DNA of 22,835 bases from Armatimonadota bacterium. Its GTDB lineage: Bacteria; Armatimonadota; Zipacnadia; Zipacnadales; UBA5352. Positions 16,867 through 22,835 of this stretch are shown here, piece by piece. Under the pieces are notes generated by a model. The model searched no databases. It was not told the origin of the DNA and saw nothing but the letters and a program-made list of their open reading frames with translations. A program made the translations under genes and the position numbers. How positions within the stretch are numbered: the stretch's first letter is position 1; each line of letters starts with the position of its first letter. The stretch covers positions 1-22,835 of the forward strand of contig JAYENL010000229.1 of assembly GCA_034722055.1 (NCBI GenBank), read 5' to 3'.

Positions 16867-17544
16867 ATGCGCCGCTCAGTGCCGTGGCTCGTGATAACGT
16901 GCGCGCTGTGTCTGATAGCCGCCGTCGCCCTCGCGGCGCTGCCCGCCGACGCCGAGGAGCTGATCGGGCGGCTCAAGTACGGGGGCGGCGGTGACTGGTA
17001 CGCCAACCCCTCGTCGCTGCCCAACCTGCTGGAGTTCGCGCGGGAGCACACCAGCCTGGACCTGCCCAGGCGCGCCGTGGAGGTGGAGCCGGGCGCTCCC
17101 GAGCTGCACTCCTTCGCCCTTGTGCACGCCACCGGCCACGGGCGCATTCGCTTCACCGATGCCCAGCGCCGGAACCTGCGGGAGTACCTGCTCGGCGGCG
17201 GCTTCCTGCACGTGGATGACAACTACGGCCTCGACGAGAGCTTCCGCGAGGAGGTCCGCGCGCTCTTCCCCGGCCGAGAGCTGGTGGAGCTGCCCTTCTC
17301 GCACCCCATCTACCACTGCCTCTTCGAGTTCCCGAGGGGCCTGCCGAAGATCCACGAGCATCACGGCGGGCCGCCGCACGGCTACGGGATCATCCACGAG
17401 GGCCGGGTGGTGCTGTTCTACTCCTACAACACCGACCTGGGGGACGGCTGGGAGAGCCCCGAGGTGCACAACGACCCCGAGGAGGTCCGCCGCCAGGCTC
17501 TGCGCATGGGGACGAACCTGCTGGTCTATGCCCTCAGCCGCTAG
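16867..17544 (+). CDS. DUF4159 domain protein (exported)
   Basis: Signal peptide; LKYGGGGDWYANPSSLPNLL, TGHG, GGFLHVDDNYG, PKIHEH, DLGDGWE, ALRMGTNL.YAL. Confidence 0.9.
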   Translation: MRRSVPWLVITCALCLIAAVALAALPADAEELIGRLKYGGGGDWYANPSSLPNLLEFAREHTSLDLPRRAVEVEPGAPELHSFALVHATGHGRIRFTDAQRRNLREYLLGGGFLHVDDNYGLDESFREEVRALFPGRELVELPFSHPIYHCLFEFPRGLPKIHEHHGGPPHGYGIIHEGRVVLFYSYNTDLGDGWESPEVHNDPEEVRRQALRMGTNLLVYALSR

Positions 17545-17586
17545 CCACTGTCAGCCAGAGCTTGCGCCCAGACTCTCCCCTGCGGC

Positions 17587-17616
17587 TTGACCCTCTCCGA
17601 GGGGCAGCGCTATAAT
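17587..17616 (+). promoter_or_regulatory. Sigma70 promoter (TTGACC-18 bp-TATAAT) for the TolB-like gene
   Basis: Near-consensus -35 and perfect -10; the spacer contains the inverted repeat CCCTC-TCC-GAGGG. Confidence 0.7.
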
Positions 17617-17739
17617 CCGTGCGGCGGGAGAAACACCGCCCTTGATCTCGTGTCCAAAGAACAGCCCGTCCTCGGACCCATTCCGCGCAGGATCGATCAC
17701 GGTGCGGGCCTCTGCCGGCACCACGGGAGAATCGCCGAC

Positions 17740-18699
17740 ATGACAAACCGCTCGCGCGTCGTCGCGCTGCTTCTCACGCTGTTGCTGCTGGCGGTGCTGG
17801 CCGGCTGTGGCGGCGACAGCTCCGCCACGGTATTCCAGAACGTATCCGAGCGCACATCCTGGAGCTCCACGGGTCTGATCGCCTTTGCCTCCTTCGGCGG
17901 CAACGGTCAGCTCTATGTCTATCGCATGAACGACAGGGGCGGCAACCTGGTGCTGCTCACGCCCTCGGACAATGACGAGGACCTTACCGATGAGGGCGGG
18001 CGGCAGCCGGCCTTCAGCCCCTCGGGGGAGCGGCTCGCCATCTCCACGCGCCGCGGCGAGACGCCCGCGATCCATCTCATCGCCGCCGATCGCGGCGATC
18101 GCGACGGCATCACAAAGGTCACCGGCGACACGGGCGACGGCGCCGATACCCAGCCCAGCTTCACGCCCGACGGAAACCAGATCGTCTTCACCACCACGCG
18201 CGGCGACGGGAACGCCGACATCCACATCGTGGGCACCGATGGCTCGGGCAACACGCCCGTCGTCGCCACCGCCGCCGAGGAGCACTGGGCGGTGGTCTCT
18301 CCCGACGGCACCAAGATCGCCTACCAGTCTGACGCCAACGGGAATACGGACATCTGGGTGAAGGACCTGGGCACGCCGGCGGACGATCCCGGGACCTGCC
18401 TGACTGCGGCGTCGCCCTTCCGCGATGAGGCGCCATCCTGGTCGCCGGACGGCTCCCAGATCGCCTTTCACTCCAACCGCAATGGCGACTTCGACATCTT
18501 CATGATGAACGCGGATGGCTCCGGGCAGGTGGCCGTGACCGCCGACCCGCGCTCGGACGGCTATCCGGTCTTCAGTCCGGATGGTGAGCGCCTGGTCATC
18601 ACCCGCGACCGCGAGGTGTGGACCGTCCCGGCCCAGCCGTGGTCGGAGTGGGCCGGACAGGCGGAGCAGTTGGCGGATCAGCTCACCCGCCGCTACTGA
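17740..18699 (+). CDS. TolB-like PD40/beta-propeller lipoprotein
   Basis: Lipobox LAGC after a hydrophobic signal; repeats PAFSPSG, PSFTPDG, VSPDGTKIAY, PSWSPDGSQIAF, PVFSPDG; GGGAG RBS. Confidence 0.88.
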   Translation: MTNRSRVVALLLTLLLLAVLAGCGGDSSATVFQNVSERTSWSSTGLIAFASFGGNGQLYVYRMNDRGGNLVLLTPSDNDEDLTDEGGRQPAFSPSGERLAISTRRGETPAIHLIAADRGDRDGITKVTGDTGDGADTQPSFTPDGNQIVFTTTRGDGNADIHIVGTDGSGNTPVVATAAEEHWAVVSPDGTKIAYQSDANGNTDIWVKDLGTPADDPGTCLTAASPFRDEAPSWSPDGSQIAFHSNRNGDFDIFMMNADGSGQVAVTADPRSDGYPVFSPDGERLVITRDREVWTVPAQPWSEWAGQAEQLADQLTRRY

Positions 18700-18721
18700 G
18701 CGCCATCGAGTTTGAGACCAT

Positions 18722-18780
18722 GTGGGGCCGGGCTCGCACGAGCCGGCCCCCGCGCGCGTACCGCCCGTCGCGCTCCCTAC
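18722..18780. repeat. REP-like hairpin pair downstream of the TolB-like gene
   Basis: GGGGCCGGGCTCG-CA-CGAGCCGGCCCC stem, followed by a degenerate inverted element ending CCCTAC (GTAG on minus strand). No U-tract. Confidence 0.55.
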
Positions 18781-18895
18781 GCGGCGCAGCCAGGCTCGCG
18801 GGTGGGGGAGGTGCCCGTCAGACCGTGCGGAACTGGCCGGGCGCGTTCCAGTCGCAGGTCACGGAGGGTCTGAGTTGTAAGCATCGGTGGAACGC

Positions 18896-18952
18896 GCGGG
18901 CGGGGGCGCTCGCGCCCCAATGCATGTGTGGGTTGCGGGCGCCCCCGCCCGC
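18896..18952. repeat. Inverted pair of a 24-25 bp REP-like element (TGGGGYGCGGGCGCCCYCGCCCGC family)
   Basis: 18896..18920 and 18929..18952 are near reverse complements; same family as 22428..22451 and 22552..22575. Confidence 0.75.
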
Positions 18953-18994
18953 AATCGACAACCTCAGGACGTAACCGTCAGGGAGCTGGTCCGG

Positions 18995-20119
18995 ATGGCC
19001 CGGTATCCGCAGCAGCCGGTGCGAATTACCTCGCCGTGGGATGGCGATGTCCTCAACCGCCACGACGGGCGTGAGACTGATGAGGGGCTTGCGATCGACG
19101 TTGAGGGCATCGCGCCCGAGGGGGAGGAGGTGCTCGTCAACGGCGTGGCGGCCGATCGGGACGGAGAGCGCTTCGCCGCCCAGGTTCTGCTTACAGCGCC
19201 GGAGAACGCCGTGACCGCCAGCGCCCGGTCCGGCTCCGACAGCATCACGCTGCTGTATGACCGGCACTCCTACAAGCGCTTCCGCTTCTCGGTCGATGAC
19301 AACGTGCTCTTCCTGCGGGACCTCGCCAGCGAGCCGCCGGCGTCGCTGTTCGACCACTGGTATTTGGCCTTCTGGCGAGACATGCACGAGCGCTTCGGCG
19401 CCAAGATCCACATCAACATCTACTACCAGTGCCCCGGCTTCATCCTCCCGGAGATGCACGACATGTGGCGCGAGGAGTGGGCCGCCAACGCCCACTGGCT
19501 GCACCTGAGCTTCCACGCCCTGCAGGACCAGCCGGCGAATATCTACCGCAACGCGCCGGGCCGGCGCGTGGCTCGCGACTGGGAGCTGGTGCAGGACGAG
19601 ATCGCCCGCTTCGCCACCACCGCGGTGACCGGCGACACCACCACGGTGCACTGGGCGGAGGCCACCCGCGAGGCGGTCGAGGAGCTGTACGCGCGCGGCA
19701 TCCGCAACCTCATCGCCCTCCCCGGCTTCACTCCCGAAGGGGAGCCGAAGACCTCCTACCACCTCGACCGCGCACAGACGCAGCACCTGCTGGAGCGCGA
19801 CGCCTGGCGCGATCCTGACACCGGGATGACCTTCGTGGCCTGCGACGAGGTCGTCAACAGCTACTCGCTGGACGAGGTCCCTCGGATCCTCGATGAGCAG
19901 GAACAGAGCCCGCACACCTGCGAGCTCATTGAGCTCCTCATCCACGAGCAGTACTTCCGCGAGGAGCTGGCTATCCACCAGCCGGACATCAGGGACAAGG
20001 TGATCGCCGCGCTGGAGTGGGTCACCGACCGCGACTACCAGCCCTGCTTCTGGTGTGAGGGCTTCCTGGGCAACAGGCGCGGATGGCCTGGAAGCCGACC
20101 TGTGAACGGCACACAGTAG
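18995..20119 (+). CDS. Hypothetical protein, N-terminal Ig-like domain + NodB/glycoside hydrolase-deacetylase-like barrel
   Basis: GGGAG RBS; ITSPWDG..VEG..VLVNG..ENAVTA Ig-like segment; RFSVDD, LSFHA, TTVHW and IHEQY resemble CE4/GH38-57-like metal-site motifs; strong GC3 coding bias. Confidence 0.6.
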   Translation: MARYPQQPVRITSPWDGDVLNRHDGRETDEGLAIDVEGIAPEGEEVLVNGVAADRDGERFAAQVLLTAPENAVTASARSGSDSITLLYDRHSYKRFRFSVDDNVLFLRDLASEPPASLFDHWYLAFWRDMHERFGAKIHINIYYQCPGFILPEMHDMWREEWAANAHWLHLSFHALQDQPANIYRNAPGRRVARDWELVQDEIARFATTAVTGDTTTVHWAEATREAVEELYARGIRNLIALPGFTPEGEPKTSYHLDRAQTQHLLERDAWRDPDTGMTFVACDEVVNSYSLDEVPRILDEQEQSPHTCELIELLIHEQYFREELAIHQPDIRDKVIAALEWVTDRDYQPCFWCEGFLGNRRGWPGSRPVNGTQ

Positions 20120-20139
20120 GTGAGACGGGGGAACCGGAT

Positions 20140-20727
20140 ATGGGCTACACGCCGCCGGATCCTGAGAACGTGCTGAAGAAAATGGATCCTACGCTGACGC
20201 GGTACCTGGGATCAGGACACAAGACGGAGTGGCAGCGCCGAACTGAACTTACCGATGAAGAACTGGTCTACTACCTTTGGACCCCGAAGTTGGTGCGGTC
20301 GAGGATACGCTGGGAGGTCGTCGAAGGCCCTTCCAGCAAGAGTGCCCGCCTTCGATTCAACGTACCCGTGCACTGCAAAGACGGGGCTGGCGACCTGACA
20401 CGGTTGATCGGCATTGTCGCGACCCGTGGGTACTCAGTATCGCTGGTTTACCCAGCGAAGCCCAAAGGAATACGCCTCCTCGGGCTGGACAGCAAGCCAA
20501 CCAAAGACGCGCAAGCAGGCGCTGTTCCTGGTCCGCACATTCAGTTGTGGTCCCAGCGAGACGCCGCATGTGCACAAGGACACACAAGGGTTGCGCATTG
20601 CGATGACGAATATCTATCTGATCCCGTGGCGGGTGCGAACCACGCACTTCAGTATGTGGTCAAGAGCGCAAACATCGAGACCAGGTATCCCGTGCAGTTC
20701 CGACTGGAGGAGCTATGGGAGGGATAG
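20140..20727 (+). CDS. Hypothetical protein, DUF6978-like (first gene of lower-GC cassette)
   Basis: YSVSLVY...IRLLGLD...VPGPHIQLW...ALQYVVKSANI...QFRL pattern; abuts the next gene; atypical codon usage. Confidence 0.55.
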   Translation: MGYTPPDPENVLKKMDPTLTRYLGSGHKTEWQRRTELTDEELVYYLWTPKLVRSRIRWEVVEGPSSKSARLRFNVPVHCKDGAGDLTRLIGIVATRGYSVSLVYPAKPKGIRLLGLDSKPTKDAQAGAVPGPHIQLWSQRDAACAQGHTRVAHCDDEYLSDPVAGANHALQYVVKSANIETRYPVQFRLEELWEG

Positions 20728-20729
20728 CG

Positions 20730-21554
20730 ATGCGATCTGACCGGAATGCGCTGCGCTGCGCCGCCGATGCACTTAGGGGATTCGGCTCGCTGTTCGTACC
20801 TCGGGTGGAACACGAATGGGTGGCTCTTGAGACGCCCTTCGTGGGGGCAGACTATACGCCCATCGAGCTGCTGGTGGAATGGCAACCCGAAGCCTCGTCA
20901 TACACTGTGACCGACGCGGGATACATAGCCGATTACTTCTACCTGTACGACCACGCCCTGGAAGACGACGAGAACCTCTCCGAGCGGGTCGCGAGACTTG
21001 CCGAGCGCCTGGGCGCCGAGGTGGTCGGAGAGACCATCGTCGCCTCTGCACCTCTCGGAAAGCTATGCGACGCGGCGAGGAGCGTCCTACAAGCCGCCCT
21101 GTCTGTGCCTGAAGTCTGGGATCAACCGGAAAGGCGGGTGCGACGGCCCTCGTTCAGGGAGAGCGTTGGTCGCGAGATCGAGAGAATGAGCCTACCGTTC
21201 TCTGACGACATCCGAGTCCGCGGCGCCATCGAAACGCATGCCTTTGACTTCGGGCATCGGATCCATGGGAACATAGTGGGAGTTCAGACCCTGTCGGCGA
21301 CCCGCAGGACGCGGGCGCTGGAAAAGAAGAAGATGCTGGCCTGGGACATCTCAGATGTCGCGAACGCTGGAACGACTCCCGAGTTCGCTCTGGTGGTTGA
21401 CGATAGCTCGCCCCGGCGCAGAGATGCTGTCGGCGGCGGGGTGTTGGCTCCATTGCGGGTGCTATTCACAGAGATCATCTACTGGCGGGAGTTGACGGGT
21501 GCAGATTTTGAGCCGCTTCGTGAGTTTGCAGTCAGATACGGTTGCGAGACTTAG
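20730..21554 (+). CDS. DUF1828 N-terminal + DUF1829-like (restriction-endonuclease-fold) protein
   Basis: LETPF...DYTPIELLV...YTVTDAGY is the DUF1828 pattern; C-terminal FRESV...VRG..THAFDF...VQTL...AWDISDV...LVVDD. Both ATG 20715 and ATG 20730 have GGAGG-type RBS. Confidence 0.7.
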   Translation: MRSDRNALRCAADALRGFGSLFVPRVEHEWVALETPFVGADYTPIELLVEWQPEASSYTVTDAGYIADYFYLYDHALEDDENLSERVARLAERLGAEVVGETIVASAPLGKLCDAARSVLQAALSVPEVWDQPERRVRRPSFRESVGREIERMSLPFSDDIRVRGAIETHAFDFGHRIHGNIVGVQTLSATRRTRALEKKKMLAWDISDVANAGTTPEFALVVDDSSPRRRDAVGGGVLAPLRVLFTEIIYWRELTGADFEPLREFAVRYGCET

Positions 21555-21643
21555 CGGTTTGATGAGACTGAGGAGGCGGTCGATGGCGGGGCGGCCGAAT
21601 AGGTGCGCCCGTGTCCGAGGGCAGCCGACGGCTGCGGCGTGGC

Positions 21644-22387
21644 CTACAGCGCGCTGACCTCCAGCCCGTCGCCATCGAGGATCACGTTCACGGAGGCCGT
21701 GAACCGTGCGGGATCGCGGACGAAGGTCAGGTACTCGGCCAGCCTCTCCGCGGAGTTGACGGAGTTGTGCGCCAGCACGACGGCCCCGGGCGTGAGCCTG
21801 TCGAGCGCCGCCTCCAGGATCTCCAGGTAGATCCCCTTGCCCCGTCCGCGGTCACCGTCGGCGTCGAGGTAGAGCAGATCGATGGCGTGCGGGTACTGGG
21901 CGGCAAACTCCACCGCATCGGCAGCCACCGCACGCGCGGTACCGGTGCGGTCGATCTCCCGGGCATTGCGCTCGGCCCGCTGGGCCTCATCAGGCTTGAT
22001 CTCCACGCCGACCAGGTCCTCCGCCTCATAGACCGCGCCCGGCCCCGCTCCCGCCCCTGCGTTGCAGATGAAGGTGAAGCCGCAGAAGACCCCGGCGGCG
22101 ATCATCCGCGCCGGCCGCCGGATGGCGTTGATGGCCCAGATGAGCCGCTCCATTCTGGGCGTGATGGCCGTCCACGGCACCTCGAAGTGCTGGCGCACGG
22201 CGGCTCGATGGGCCAGGAAGCGCTCGGTGTCGTACTCCGCGTGCGGAAGCGCCCCGGCCGCCACCAGCTCCTGCAGCGCCTCATCCACCACCGCGATCTC
22301 GTCCGCAAGCGGCTCCAACTCCGCGAACGGCTCGCCGTAGGTCATCGTGTAGCTGTCCCAGTCCCCGGCGCGGAACTCGCCGCTCAC
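21644..22387 (-). CDS. Class I SAM-dependent methyltransferase (O-methyltransferase/Methyltransf_24-like)
   Basis: AGVFCGFT, LVGVEI..AERN, ADAVEF, IDLLYLDAD, LTPGAVVLAHN, DGLEVS; GGAGGT RBS before GTG. Confidence 0.85.
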   Translation of the reverse strand: MSGEFRAGDWDSYTMTYGEPFAELEPLADEIAVVDEALQELVAAGALPHAEYDTERFLAHRAAVRQHFEVPWTAITPRMERLIWAINAIRRPARMIAAGVFCGFTFICNAGAGAGPGAVYEAEDLVGVEIKPDEAQRAERNAREIDRTGTARAVAADAVEFAAQYPHAIDLLYLDADGDRGRGKGIYLEILEAALDRLTPGAVVLAHNSVNSAERLAEYLTFVRDPARFTASVNVILDGDGLEVSAL

Positions 22388-22427
22388 GTCATACCTCCAC
22401 TCGGTAGTGGCATTCCGTGGGAATAGA

Positions 22428-22575
22428 CGGGCGAGGGCGCCCGCGCCCCAAGTTCAGGGGTACATACGAATGTTGCGTCCAGCGCAGGTGCCCGCGCACG
22501 CAGGCGGACGGGCCGCGCCGCACGCGGCGGCTTCTCTTGCTGAGTACCTTCTGGGGTGCGGGCGCCCTCGCCCGC
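22428..22575. repeat. Inverted pair of REP-like elements (22428..22451 and 22552..22575)
   Basis: CGGGCGAGGGCGCCCGCGCCCCAA and TGGGGTGCGGGCGCCCTCGCCCGC are near-perfect reverse complements, each with an internal hairpin. Confidence 0.8.
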
Positions 22576-22607
22576 ACAGTGCCCTCGCCATCCAGCAACG
22601 CGACTGC

Positions 22608-22835
22608 TCACTGGGCCAGAGCCGCAGCCTTCTCGTCAAGCTCGTCCAGGGTGAATCGGACACTGAGGATGAAGGGCTCCTCGCCCTCGATCCAGTGGCC
22701 GTAGGTGGTGGCCACGATGGTCCCATCGGGCAGCATCTCCAGCGCCGGGTAGGCGCAGTCCGCGCCCTTCGTGTTGTCCGCCAGCCGCACGCGGTACTGC
22801 CCCTCGCGTAGGTTCACGATGTCATCCCAGGTCCC
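22608..22835 (-). CDS. Sialidase/BNR-repeat family protein, 3' end (truncated by window edge)
   Basis: Open frame to the window edge: GTWDDIVNLREGQYRVRL...DCAYPALEMLPDGTIVATTYGHW...ILSVRFTLDELD; a YP..LPDG last-blade motif typical of GH33-like propellers. Confidence 0.7.
   Translation of the reverse strand, partial: GTWDDIVNLREGQYRVRLADNTKGADCAYPALEMLPDGTIVATTYGHWIEGEEPFILSVRFTLDELDEKAAALAQ

Noticed and set aside
17587..17739. N-terminal extension of the TolB-like ORF from TTG 17587
   Set aside because: That TTG is the -35 box; the lipoprotein signal and RBS support ATG 17740.
18722..18750. Rho-independent terminator
   Set aside because: Strong hairpin but no U-tract; better explained as a REP-like element.
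20120..21570. TGAGAC on both sides of the lower-GC cassette as a target-site duplication
   Set aside because: Only 6 bp, with no terminal inverted repeats or recombinase; compatible with chance.
21644..22387. DNA methyltransferase partner forming a restriction-modification system with the cassette
   Set aside because: Small-molecule O-methyltransferase-like motifs (LYLDAD, AHN), no DPPY/NPPY or PC motif, host-like GC and opposite strand.

Overview
High-GC bacterial chromosomal segment with about 21 CDS and no rRNA, tRNA, CRISPR array or transposase. The gene content is suggestive of Armatimonadota or a similar polysaccharide-degrading lineage, which is inference only. The left 14.5 kb is entirely on the minus strand. 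In transcription order it holds an orphan HgdC/BadF-type 4Fe-4S activator ATPase, a TPR-CAP protein, birA, a TPR-Ig-NodB deacetylase, a secreted clan GH-A glycoside hydrolase and purB. A 470-bp composite repeat region follows, then a sugar-catabolism-like run (FGGY kinase, extended SDR, flavin reductase, EamA, an inserted RelE-like/DUF2283 toxin-antitoxin-like pair, UroD-family protein). A divergent sigma70 promoter pair at ~14.55 kb drives a VWA/GATase-like protein and DUF4159. These are followed by a TolB-like lipoprotein, an Ig+deacetylase-like hypothetical protein and a lower-GC two-gene cassette (DUF6978-like + DUF1828/DUF1829-like nuclease-fold protein). That cassette is the best candidate for an uncharacterised horizontally acquired, possibly anti-phage, system. 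The window ends with a convergent SAM methyltransferase and the 3' end of a sialidase-family gene. Intergenic regions carry several REP-like palindrome families and heptamer (CAAGCNN) arrays. All family assignments are from motif recognition, not database searches.
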